Part shown: positions 52,705 to 60,512 of the stretch, in pieces
Layout: each line of letters opens with the position of its first letter
Numbering within the stretch: the first letter of the stretch is position 1
IMG/VR virus record: IMGVR_UViG_3300033512_000452
Location: 1 to 64,000 of that record
Length of the DNA: 64,000 bases
Source: a virus
Strand: one strand, 5' to 3'
Position numbers and translations under genes: made by a program
Notes under the pieces: model-generated
What the model was told of the DNA's origin: nothing
The model's database searches: none
The model's input: only the letters and a program-made list of their open reading frames with translations

Positions 52705-52985
52705 TTTTGCTCCTTCGGTTTGTACTTGAGTTTAATATTGAATTCTTCGCCGTTAAATTCAATTAATGTTTTATCCCATTTGTCGATATCATACAACATA
52801 TCTTTTGATTTTTCAAGCACAATTTGATACGCCGCCAAGATGACCATATTTCCTATTGCCTTCTTGGGGATCGTATAAACTCGTCCGTCTCTTCCAATCC
52901 TGATATTTATCTGTGCGGCAAGGATTTCTTGGGCGCTCAGTGTAACTACAATTTCCCCTGGCGCATCCTTTTTAATTCTTCCCAC
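52701..52985 (-). CDS. hypothetical protein
   Basis: GTG at 52985 after AAGGAG. The track start at 53063 would overlap ardA. Confidence 0.5.
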   Translation of the reverse strand: MGRIKKDAPGEIVVTLSAQEILAAQINIRIGRDGRVYTIPKKAIGNMVILAAYQIVLEKSKDMLYDIDKWDKTLIEFNGEEFNIKLKYKPKEQK

Positions 52986-52993
52986 GGCGCTCC

Positions 52994-53503
52994 TTAATTG
53001 TCGAACACAAAGACGGTATGCTCGGAGCTGTGAACAAAAGTGACATCGCCGTTGTATTCCCAATCACTCGCCATCTTATCGTAGTCGATGTAGTCTTCGA
53101 GGTGTTTTGGGATTTCATCGCCAGTCTCTTTGGTGAATTCTTCCGCGTAGTCCTCTTTTGAAGGATACTCTCCACGATAAGAATCGTCGAAACCATCCAG
53201 CGTGGCGTAATGATCACCAACAACTCCTACGTAAGTGGCGAAGGCTTCTTCGTGTTTATTTATTCCAGCCGTAAGCATAGCGAGATGCTCAATGTCGATG
53301 TACTGATCAATCTTGAGATCGTAGTATCCTTCCGTGTCGCCGACGTAATACTCTTCGTTTTCGGGGAGCAATACAGATTTGATTGCCTCTTGTATTTCAT
53401 CGATCAGATCATCTTCGGATTCGCCGTCGAACTCGAACCATTCTCCAGTGAGGTTGCCGGAATTGTATTCAGCAAGATCTCCGATCCAAACTTTTGTTGT
53501 CAT
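52994..53503 (-). CDS. ardA: antirestriction protein ArdA
   Basis: MTTKVWIGDLAEYNSGNLTGEWFEF and LEDYIDYDKMASDW...VFVF match the conserved N- and C-terminal ArdA signatures. Very acidic. Confidence 0.85.
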   Translation of the reverse strand: MTTKVWIGDLAEYNSGNLTGEWFEFDGESEDDLIDEIQEAIKSVLLPENEEYYVGDTEGYYDLKIDQYIDIEHLAMLTAGINKHEEAFATYVGVVGDHYATLDGFDDSYRGEYPSKEDYAEEFTKETGDEIPKHLEDYIDYDKMASDWEYNGDVTFVHSSEHTVFVFDN

Positions 53504-53805
53504 TGATCCTCTTCCTCCCAATAGAATTTGATATCGTCAAGAAGTTTTGGTTTCTCATTCTTGACTTTGTGGATATGGATTTTCACTAGAATCTCTCTGC
53601 AAGCCGCTTCCCCGATAGAGAGTCTCTTCGGGAGATAACCGTGTTTCTTTATAAGCCGGTTATTCATGTTCGTGATCAGCGCTTTTGTTTGACTGTCAAT
53701 TTGCTTCTTCTCATCATCTGGAAGGTTTTTGTACGTTTCCTCGATGGATTTATTGAGAAGTTTTGCTTGCTCAGGGTTGGACGGCTGGTAGATTTTTCTT
53801 CTCAT
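53500..53805 (-). CDS. hypothetical protein
   Basis: ORF track entry. Confidence 0.6.
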   Translation of the reverse strand: MRRKIYQPSNPEQAKLLNKSIEETYKNLPDDEKKQIDSQTKALITNMNNRLIKKHGYLPKRLSIGEAACREILVKIHIHKVKNEKPKLLDDIKFYWEEEDQ

Positions 53806-54122
53806 TCTATTCTTGAGTCCCCTTTCAGTGTGCCCTTTATTGCTCTGGCGTTGAGTTTATCGAGGTTCTGTGTGGCAACTTCGTTTAGGGTAATATTGAG
53901 GACAGTGGCGATTGCTGCTGCGTACCAGAGAACATCGCCGAGTTCGTCGACCATCTTGTTCCAGCGTTCTGTACGGACTTCATTATCATCGTCCCGTATG
54001 ACTTTCTTGGCTTGATTGCAAAGCTCCCCCGCTTCCCCGGCTAAACCGAGAAAGCAGTAGGAGAAATTATTGCCATAGATGGCGGTTGTGTGAGCGAGTT
54101 TTTGGTAGGCATTCATATCCAT
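53802..54122 (-). CDS. mazG: MazG-like nucleotide pyrophosphohydrolase
   Basis: GLAGEAGELCNQAKK...ELGDVLWYAAAIA...NLDKLNAR. Confidence 0.8.
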   Translation of the reverse strand: MDMNAYQKLAHTTAIYGNNFSYCFLGLAGEAGELCNQAKKVIRDDDNEVRTERWNKMVDELGDVLWYAAAIATVLNITLNEVATQNLDKLNARAIKGTLKGDSRIE

Positions 54123-54124
54123 AG

Positions 54125-54331
54125 TTAATCCCCCAAAAACACATTCATAAAATCGACAGCAGTTTGCTTCTCGAATTTAATCTCCGGGGTGTCAATTTTG
54201 GGTGTCAGCGCAACGTGAACGTCGCCTTCATGCGTGAGAACGCCATGGATCAGGTTCTCGTTGAGAACGATCTTGTCGTGGTTGTCTTCGTTTTCGATGA
54301 TGATAAAGTTTCTTTTCCGATATACAATCAT
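54125..54331 (-). CDS. hypothetical protein
   Basis: ORF track entry. Confidence 0.55.
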   Translation of the reverse strand: MIVYRKRNFIIIENEDNHDKIVLNENLIHGVLTHEGDVHVALTPKIDTPEIKFEKQTAVDFMNVFLGD

Positions 54332-54335
54332 AAAT

Positions 54336-54569
54336 TTACTCCTTACTTACAATGTTCCAATTAAATTTGATTTCACCCGGCGCTGTCCCGGTGAATACGG
54401 AAGTCATTTGCGGTGCTGCCATCTTCTCCAGAGATGAAGCAATTGAGATCAGCGCCTTTGCTGATGAGAGATCTACTAGGAATTTCGCATCCTCAAATAA
54501 CCCATCTTGATAACAGATCTTGGCGGTTTTTAAAATCGCATCCAGATCGCTGATTTTTTCTATTTCCAT
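54336..54569 (-). CDS. hypothetical protein
   Basis: ORF track entry. Confidence 0.55.
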   Translation of the reverse strand: MEIEKISDLDAILKTAKICYQDGLFEDAKFLVDLSSAKALISIASSLEKMAAPQMTSVFTGTAPGEIKFNWNIVSKE

Positions 54570-54645
54570 GTCCTCTTCTCTAATGATACGATTGTAACAG
54601 AGTTGTTACTCAATTAAGATTAAGATAAGATGAGAGTGCCGACAG

Positions 54646-54674
54646 GCAAAATAACTCACCGACTTGTGAGTTAT
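54646..54674 (-). terminator. rho-independent terminator within the early region
   Basis: ATAACTCAC-6 nt-GTGAGTTAT followed by UUUUG on the minus strand. Overlaps the stop of 54671-54940. Confidence 0.65.
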
Positions 54675-54940
54675 CTCACTTCTCCTGCGAAATCTTTACC
54701 TTCCTCCAGGTAGGCTTTGATCACCTCTTGATTTCCTTCGAGGTAAACGTCAATACTCCCTTTACCGGTTAAGATGACCGCGTCAGGCTCTCTCCAGTCT
54801 TCTTCAAGCGGGCAATCTGGATCGATCCCACTCCAACCGATACTTAGCGCTGTCAATGCGCATGATAAATCGTAGGTTGTTCCATTCTTGCGGCGCCAGG
54901 GACAGGCTTTACATTCATTAACGACAATCTTTTTGCTCAT
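54671..54940 (-). CDS. hypothetical Cys-rich protein
   Basis: ORF track entry. Confidence 0.55.
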   Translation of the reverse strand: MSKKIVVNECKACPWRRKNGTTYDLSCALTALSIGWSGIDPDCPLEEDWREPDAVILTGKGSIDVYLEGNQEVIKAYLEEGKDFAGEVR

Positions 54941-55578
54941 GGTTTGTCCTTGATAATAAATTCTGGGTGTTTAACGAATGTCTGGATAGCAGATACGAAC
55001 GCTTTCCACTCGTTCATCTTGTGGTGCTCTCGCTGTTTTACGATGTTTTGTAGGGCGAGATAAGAAAGTTTTAATACTCGAGTTTGCAGGAAGGATTCTG
55101 GAAGATCTTTTTTCAGCCGCTTTAGAATATCATCTCGATCTATTTGATCTTCTAATTGACTTGCTGCCGTAATCAGATCATTGAGGTATTCAAGGTATGA
55201 CTCCCGCACTGGAATTGCAAAGTCACTCTGGGTCAGTGTTGACTTGAGGATCGTGTGCATCGTGGATTCCGAGAGCATAGGGGCGTCATCTACGTCCACG
55301 ACGCCGACATGATAGGTATTGAACTGCTGCCATGCGTCTCGAGAGACGGTAATTTCCCACCAGGTGTCAATGAGTTTGAGGAACCCGTTGTGCCCCAGAC
55401 CGGCGTGAGCGAGTTTGCGCGCCCTGGCGACCATGGCTGCGTAATGCGGCTCCTCTCCAAACCTGCTCCAACTGAATCGATCTGTTATTGAAAAGGATTT
55501 GCTGATCCCGTAGAGCGCCTGATCATATCCTGCTTCTCCGATAAACTCGAAAACGTATTTTGGTTGATAACTAATCAT
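54937..55578 (-). CDS. ThyX-like (flavin-dependent thymidylate synthase fold) protein with non-canonical motifs
   Basis: GHNGFLKLIDTWWEITVSRDAWQQFNTYHVG...SESTMH parallels the ThyX segment GHE..FEH..F.F.......RQ..RHR....E.S.RY. The RHR and SxRY motifs are substituted. Confidence 0.5.
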   Translation of the reverse strand: MISYQPKYVFEFIGEAGYDQALYGISKSFSITDRFSWSRFGEEPHYAAMVARARKLAHAGLGHNGFLKLIDTWWEITVSRDAWQQFNTYHVGVVDVDDAPMLSESTMHTILKSTLTQSDFAIPVRESYLEYLNDLITAASQLEDQIDRDDILKRLKKDLPESFLQTRVLKLSYLALQNIVKQREHHKMNEWKAFVSAIQTFVKHPEFIIKDKP

Positions 55579-55762
55579 GTTTCTCCATCCTGTCTTCCCA
55601 CCAGCTAAAACTTGCGATAAATCCGCAATGAGGACAAATCAATCCTTCGCCCGTTTCATCATCCTGAAGGATCTTTCCGCCATCTGGGATATCCTTGCGG
55701 CAGACACATTTCTCATTATGGCAGGCGTAATAAACCTGATTATGGCATTTCGGGCAGTTCAT
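55571..55762 (-). CDS. zinc-ribbon protein
   Basis: Start at the ATG at 55762 after GAGGAG. CPKCH...C..C...CPHCG. Confidence 0.5.
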   Translation of the reverse strand: MNCPKCHNQVYYACHNEKCVCRKDIPDGGKILQDDETGEGLICPHCGFIASFSWWEDRMEKHD

Positions 55763-56006
55763 ATACTCCTCTGTTTTCTTCTTGTTTGACAAATTCATCC
55801 CAAGCTCTTTCCATGGACGGTTGGATGGATGCGTACTCTGTCCTTGCGTCCTCATCCTCTAATGGGCACTCTTCTGGAATGTCTTTGATCGTGAAGAGTT
55901 CTATGTCTTCATTGAGATCGCAACGCCCGGCGTATAAATGCGGACAGTCGTAACAACCATGAACGTTGTAGTGAAAGGCTGTCCCTGTTTGGTTAATTCG
56001 TTTCAT
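55740..56006 (-). CDS. hypothetical protein
   Basis: ORF track entry; GGAGGAGCAAGUAAAC upstream. Confidence 0.55.
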   Translation of the reverse strand: MKRINQTGTAFHYNVHGCYDCPHLYAGRCDLNEDIELFTIKDIPEECPLEDEDARTEYASIQPSMERAWDEFVKQEENRGVYELPEMP

Positions 56007-56009
56007 TGT

Positions 56010-56090
56010 TTACTTGCTCCTCCACATCAAGATTAAAGCTACGATGATTGCAATGTACTCGGCGATTTTTACGATTGATTGTTCACTCAT
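56010..56090 (-). CDS. 26-aa hydrophobic peptide
   Basis: Own translation MSEQSIVKIAEYIAIIVALILMWRSK. ATGA overlap with the upstream gene. Confidence 0.35.
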   Translation of the reverse strand: MSEQSIVKIAEYIAIIVALILMWRSK

Positions 56091-56401
56091 TCCGTGTCTG
56101 GGTCATCTAACCAATACTTCACTTGATAACGCGAGTCGTAATCGCTGCGATTAAAAAACATGCCATCATCATCCAGAAACCAGAATCCTTTCTCAAAGAG
56201 GTCTATGGCTTTTTTGTTATCTTCTGTGTAAATGTAATAAAAACCATCATTCACTGGCTTCCGTTCGCTTACTGGTATCCAATCGGGTTTGTGGTGCCCA
56301 ACGATATGCTTTTTTTCGTTGGGCAATTCACCACAACACAGCGAGCAGATATGCCTATTTCCTGGACCGGCAGAACCACAATCGGCGCAAGTGTCTGTCA
56401 T
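56087..56401 (-). CDS. zinc-ribbon + DUF551-like protein (paralog of 56398-56754)
   Basis: Start at the ATG at 56401 after AAGGAG. WIPVSERKPVNDGFYYI...VKYWLDDP. Confidence 0.55.
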   Translation of the reverse strand: MTDTCADCGSAGPGNRHICSLCCGELPNEKKHIVGHHKPDWIPVSERKPVNDGFYYIYTEDNKKAIDLFEKGFWFLDDDGMFFNRSDYDSRYQVKYWLDDPDTE

Positions 56402-56754
56402 ACTTGCTCCTTGTCTAACGTGAGATCTTCTAACCAATACTTAACTCTTTCAGAGTCGCAATCAACGCATTCGGCAAAGCGACCAAAGTCCCATATCCAC
56501 CACAATCTATTAGAGAATTGATTTACGCTTCTTGTATCGTCCGTTGAGAGGGTAAAATACAAGCCCTCTTTCTTTGGCTGTCGTTCGCTAACCGGAACCC
56601 AGCGCGGGCCGACGCGGCGGTTGATAAATTTGACGAGGATCATTGTTTCACAATTCCTGCATTCGTAATGATCTAATATGAATTCCTCAACCCCGTATTG
56701 TTCCTTCCAATCATTTGCCCCGCACACAGGGCAGCACGATTTCAGTTTGCTCAT
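56398..56754 (-). CDS. zinc-ribbon + DUF551-like protein
   Basis: CPVCG...CRNC; WVPVSERQPKKEGLYF...VKYWLEDL. Confidence 0.55.
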   Translation of the reverse strand: MSKLKSCCPVCGANDWKEQYGVEEFILDHYECRNCETMILVKFINRRVGPRWVPVSERQPKKEGLYFTLSTDDTRSVNQFSNRLWWIWDFGRFAECVDCDSERVKYWLEDLTLDKEQV

Positions 56755-56755
56755 C

Positions 56756-56950
56756 TCACACTTCCTCTCTTACAAACATTCCGAATAACTCGGCTAAATT
56801 GCGTTCGTTTTCTGTGACTGGCATGTTTCGGCTTTTTGAGGCGATATCCTTTGCCACTAAAAAAGCCAGATCGCGGGTGTCTTTCAGGAACTGAACGTCT
56901 CGCCCATCAACGGCGTCCTCTTTGAGAACGTGACTGTATGTACTCATCAT
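56756..56950 (-). CDS. hypothetical protein
   Basis: ORF track entry; RBS GGAGU upstream. Confidence 0.55.
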   Translation of the reverse strand: MMSTYSHVLKEDAVDGRDVQFLKDTRDLAFLVAKDIASKSRNMPVTENERNLAELFGMFVREEV

Positions 56951-56955
56951 TACTC

Positions 56956-56971
56956 CTTTCCGGCGCCGGAA
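56956..56971. repeat. exact copy of the 16-bp palindrome
   Basis: Abuts the RBS of the gene starting at 56950. Lies just after the stop of 56974-57231. Confidence 0.95.
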
Positions 56972-56973
56972 AT

Positions 56974-57231
56974 CTACCAGCTAATCCTTGTCGATCCACC
57001 AAGATATATCACTGTGAATTTCTTTCGGCGAAGATACTCTGCCGCCTCCAGGTCGATTTCTTTTTGAATGATTACGCACACCTTGGCTTCCTGGGATAAT
57101 TTTGTGATTTCTTTTTCAATGTCTTTGATAAAATCGGAGTTTTCTATTTTCGCATCTAACTCTTTTATTTTTTCGTAACTAGCGTCATTAACAATTGAAC
57201 GAGCCGTACCTGCATCAATCATATTTCCCAT
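56974..57231 (-). CDS. hypothetical protein
   Basis: ORF track entry. Confidence 0.55.
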   Translation of the reverse strand: MGNMIDAGTARSIVNDASYEKIKELDAKIENSDFIKDIEKEITKLSQEAKVCVIIQKEIDLEAAEYLRRKKFTVIYLGGSTRISW

Positions 57232-57234
57232 CCC

Positions 57235-57274
57235 TGCCGTACCCTCACTGTTAAACCTCAGTGAGGGTACGGCA
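57235..57274 (-). promoter_or_regulatory. 16-bp perfect hairpin immediately 5' of a start codon
   Basis: TGCCGTACCCTCACTG-8 nt-CAGTGAGGGTACGGCA. Ends 4 nt before the ATG at 57231. No U-tract. Confidence 0.7.
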
Positions 57275-57343
57275 ATACCCTAACGGATAATCACCCTGTG
57301 AGAACTGCCATTACAACAGGGCAATCATTTAATAACGTGTAAA

Positions 57344-57961
57344 TTAAACGGCGTAAAAGGCTTCTTTTACGGATTTAAATGCGTTACCAAGAATGATCTC
57401 CGGGTCGCCGGTTTTAAATTCATTCTTGAAAATCAAGGTAGTCGGGAGCCTTTCGACGTTAAAATCAACCGGCTCTTTCTCGACGTCAACATACTCAAAC
57501 GGAACGCCCTCTTTCTCCATGGCCGCCTTGAGCGTATTGCAGGGAGAACAGGCTTTTGTGCCATATACAATCACTTTCTTCATAAATTCTATTTCCTTTA
57601 AACTTTGATGTTTTGGATTTTTCGTAAACGGTGAAGGAGATTGCTCCCCAACAACGATGTAATTCCTTCCGTTGCCATTCAGGACAGTTCCCTCTGAAAA
57701 GGACGCATACTTGAGCATAAAAGTTATGTCTGATGAGTAGAACTCGCTGCAATCCCCCCAATCGTCCGAGGAAGAAACGATTCGATACGATTCCTCCGAC
57801 GAGTTTGGTGTGTCTTTCCATTCTGCGAACTCCTCTTTTCGAGTCTTGTTGTAAGCTCTGAGTTGGTTTTGTCTGTGAACAACAAAGCAATCTCCGTCGT
57901 GGGCAGATTGCCTTCTTCTTGGGTTTTCGATTTCTTTACCACAAATTACGCACAGCGTCAT
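57344..57961 (-). CDS. zinc-finger N-terminal region fused (or coupled) to an NrdH/glutaredoxin-like domain
   Basis: C-terminal MKKVIVYGTKACSPCNTLKAAMEKEGVPFEYVDV carries a CxxC. The internal ATG near 57583 has AAGGA upstream, so it could be a separate start. Confidence 0.6.
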   Translation of the reverse strand: MTLCVICGKEIENPRRRQSAHDGDCFVVHRQNQLRAYNKTRKEEFAEWKDTPNSSEESYRIVSSSDDWGDCSEFYSSDITFMLKYASFSEGTVLNGNGRNYIVVGEQSPSPFTKNPKHQSLKEIEFMKKVIVYGTKACSPCNTLKAAMEKEGVPFEYVDVEKEPVDFNVERLPTTLIFKNEFKTGDPEIILGNAFKSVKEAFYAV

Positions 57962-58862
57962 TTAACTCGTCCTTTGCTGATGGTCTGGCGAGCAGCCATT
58001 CATCAACGTCTTTGAATTCTTTTGGCGGAAAGATCACCTTTGCTCTTAAAATCTTCCCGCGCTGTATTGCTGATCTGGTTCCAACCTCATCGTTGTCGCC
58101 GATGACGACGTTCTTAGAGAACTCCAATGCGTTCGTGACAAGGTAATCCAAATTACCTGCTTCTCCGTTCGTTGGCGCACAGGTAAGCATCCCTGTAAAT
58201 CCCTCTACAACCATCGCGGCGATCTCACCTTTGCAGATGATGACCGTATCTGTGGTGTGATAAACCTCATCATGGTTGAATAAAGATGACCTGGAGCCCT
58301 GCACGGACCAGTATCGAAATCTCTTTCCGTTCGATTTCAGATTTCGCAACTTAATTGTCATAAGACTTCCGCAAGTGAAGGCTGGCAAACTCAATAAATA
58401 TTCATTCCCTTCTTTCTGTGGTTTGTTTTCCAGCATCCTCGAGCAGGATCCTAATTTGTATTTATCGATCAGACTGTCTGTGATTCCCCGTGAGTGGCAA
58501 TACTCTCGGATGTTGTCTGTCATTGGTGTAAAGTCTGACCATGCGTAATCAGATAATTTCGGAGTCTTCGGTATGTCGACAATCGGGTTGACTTCGATAC
58601 TGCTGTTCCAACTAAGATTCTCGGCGGCTTGCTTTCTGTGCCCTCTGCCGTTATACCCAGGTATGGTTTGATATCCAACTAAATCGATTACGTCCCCCTG
58701 AATATTGCAAACGTGGCAGCGCCACTTCTGAATACCATCTTTCATGTAAATTGACAGGGACGGATGACTGTCTTCGTGAAAAGGGCATCGTGCCATCTTC
58801 CCTTTTTCAAGGTGAAGCACATCCTCTATCCGGTATAGTCTGCGTATATCTTCGACGTCCAT
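57936..58862 (-). CDS. dnaG: DNA primase, DnaG-like
   Basis: Start at the ATG at 58862 after GGAG. CHC2 zinc finger CPFHEDSHPSLS...CHVC. TOPRIM-like VIICKGEIAA...VIGDNDEVG. Confidence 0.8.
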   Translation of the reverse strand: MDVEDIRRLYRIEDVLHLEKGKMARCPFHEDSHPSLSIYMKDGIQKWRCHVCNIQGDVIDLVGYQTIPGYNGRGHRKQAAENLSWNSSIEVNPIVDIPKTPKLSDYAWSDFTPMTDNIREYCHSRGITDSLIDKYKLGSCSRMLENKPQKEGNEYLLSLPAFTCGSLMTIKLRNLKSNGKRFRYWSVQGSRSSLFNHDEVYHTTDTVIICKGEIAAMVVEGFTGMLTCAPTNGEAGNLDYLVTNALEFSKNVVIGDNDEVGTRSAIQRGKILRAKVIFPPKEFKDVDEWLLARPSAKDELNDAVRNLW

Positions 58863-58931
58863 ATAACTCCGCGGGAGGGCAGTGAGAAGCTGCCCTCCCA
58901 AGCAAATAAGGAGAGAAATGAATAAGACCAA

Positions 58932-58960
58932 ATTGTAACATTGTTGATACCCTCTGTCAA
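58932..58960 (-). promoter_or_regulatory. consensus promoter TTGACA-17 bp-TACAAT (leftward)
   Basis: -35 is the reverse complement of 58955-58960; -10 is the reverse complement of 58932-58937, with TGn upstream. Confidence 0.7.
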
Positions 58961-58964
58961 TCGT

Positions 58965-58994
58965 TTGACACAAACGTATAAAGTGTGTTACAAT
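58965..58994 (+). promoter_or_regulatory. consensus promoter TTGACA-18 bp-TACAAT (rightward), probably giving a leaderless mRNA
   Basis: -35 at 58965-58970 and -10 at 58989-58994 with TGT upstream. The ATG at 59002 is 8 nt after the -10 and has no SD. Confidence 0.7.
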
Positions 58995-59001
58995 ACCCTC
59001 T

Positions 59002-59775
59002 ATGGGAAGAAAAGGAAACAGGATTAACCCCGACGCAAAAGTACAGCTCGATGGATTAGACAATCCATACGTTGAGCGTGTTGACTCCAGCGGTGGTCAC
59101 AGGCTTGAATTTAACAACCGAGAAAGGTATCTCGTAAAGGTTCAGAAAGCCCTCGGCTTATTCGTTGAACAGGCTCTATCACTCCCCGACGCCGTCAGGC
59201 AAACTGACCCCAACATGAAGTTGAGCGATGTGTTGAATTTCGTTGAACGTGAAGGGTTGACCGGTGAGATTTACGATCGAATCGTCTCGCTCATGCTGGA
59301 CGTTGATCATTCTCATCGTGTTGCGGATATCGCCAAAGAAGTCGGTATGAGTATCCCTGTACTTAAGCGGCTCATTGCCACGAAAGACTTTCAGGAGTCA
59401 TACAATCGTTTCTTCTTCTCGACCGTTTCCGACCCGCGCATCAAAGCCTTGCAGGAAGGGCTCTCCGATATGACCCCGGAGATCTGGAGAACGTACAAGG
59501 ATTGTCTGTCTCCTGATGCGCCTTACAGCGTGCGGGCTAAGATGGCGATGTATCTGGGTGAAATGATCGGCGTGCGCCCACAGAAAGCAACCGAGTCCAA
59601 CTCCGCTGAACTTGCTGAGTTCCTGGCGCGCAAAGGAATCTCCGCTGATAATCTTCAAATCATCCAGAACCAGAACATTGTTAATATCCCCGAAGGGTAT
59701 GCGAAAGCCCTTCAGGGATTTAAAGAAGAGATTGAGATTATCGAGGTGGTTGAGCCAAAGGCAGATCAAACCTAG
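59002..59775 (+). CDS. DNA-binding regulator candidate (possible lysogeny repressor)
   Basis: HTH-like VADIAKEVGMSIPVLKRLIA. Divergent from the primase operon. The leaderless arrangement resembles lambda cI/PRM. Confidence 0.5.
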   Translation: MGRKGNRINPDAKVQLDGLDNPYVERVDSSGGHRLEFNNRERYLVKVQKALGLFVEQALSLPDAVRQTDPNMKLSDVLNFVEREGLTGEIYDRIVSLMLDVDHSHRVADIAKEVGMSIPVLKRLIATKDFQESYNRFFFSTVSDPRIKALQEGLSDMTPEIWRTYKDCLSPDAPYSVRAKMAMYLGEMIGVRPQKATESNSAELAEFLARKGISADNLQIIQNQNIVNIPEGYAKALQGFKEEIEIIEVVEPKADQT

Positions 59776-60166
59776 CGCCGCACTTGTCGCATTCAAGATC
59801 CCCGCCACCATCTCTGACATGGTGGTTTTTGTTATTGCAGACCGGGCAGGTCCAATGCGCCATTAATTTGAATGACGGCGTGTTGATGATCTCCACCTTT
59901 ACCTTTAGGTTCTTTGGCTGAAGGTATTGCAGTTTTACACAGAAGGCGCCGTTGGAGAAATCCGTGATCTTGCCTTCCGGTTCCAGTTTTCCCTCTTTGA
60001 CGTAGCGATTGAAATCATCCGAAAACTCCGTGTAGGATTTGGCTTTATCGATGATAGATCGTTCGATCCCTGGGATTTCATTTGCGTCAATCATGGTTTC
60101 GAAGACGATCATGTTTTCACGCAGTGATGAATGCGCAGTTAAATTTACTGAGGGGTTTGAACTCAT
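59738..60166 (-). CDS. hypothetical protein with C-terminal zinc ribbon
   Basis: CPVCNN...CDKCG. RBS AAGGAGAG upstream. Confidence 0.6.
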   Translation of the reverse strand: MSSNPSVNLTAHSSLRENMIVFETMIDANEIPGIERSIIDKAKSYTEFSDDFNRYVKEGKLEPEGKITDFSNGAFCVKLQYLQPKNLKVKVEIINTPSFKLMAHWTCPVCNNKNHHVRDGGGDLECDKCGARFDLPLAQPPR

Positions 60167-60512
60167 GGTTGCACTCTCCTTTTACGATTAGTTCCAGGGC
60201 GATTTTAGCCGCCCGGACTGGCAGGTCGTTGATGTAAACCGGCGCTCCCAGCGACGAGTCGATGTAAGACCAGACATATTTTATATCGGGGTATTGCTTA
60301 CTGAACTCAACCGGTACAGCAAAGTCAATTTTTCCATTTGCATAACTGTCCCAAAGATCTCCTCCAACGAATTTCAGAAGATCAATCCATGTGAGACTGC
60401 CGGTGTAAAACCAAAGCCCGCCAACAACAACACACTGAGATTTGTAGTGATCCGGTGTTTCCGCTTCAGTCATTACGTCAATACAGACGTTGTTGTGTTT
60501 AACGGCTATCAT
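60117..60512 (-). CDS. hypothetical protein
   Basis: ORF track entry. Confidence 0.55.
   Translation of the reverse strand: MIAVKHNNVCIDVMTEAETPDHYKSQCVVVGGLWFYTGSLTWIDLLKFVGGDLWDSYANGKIDFAVPVEFSKQYPDIKYVWSYIDSSLGAPVYINDLPVRAAKIALELIVKGECNHEFKPLSKFNCAFITA

Noticed and set aside
57936-59063. Long N-terminal extension of the primase ORF up to 59063
   Set aside because: The extension runs through the divergent promoter region and is hydrophobic junk-like. The ATG at 58862 has an RBS and begins just before the CHC2 zinc finger.
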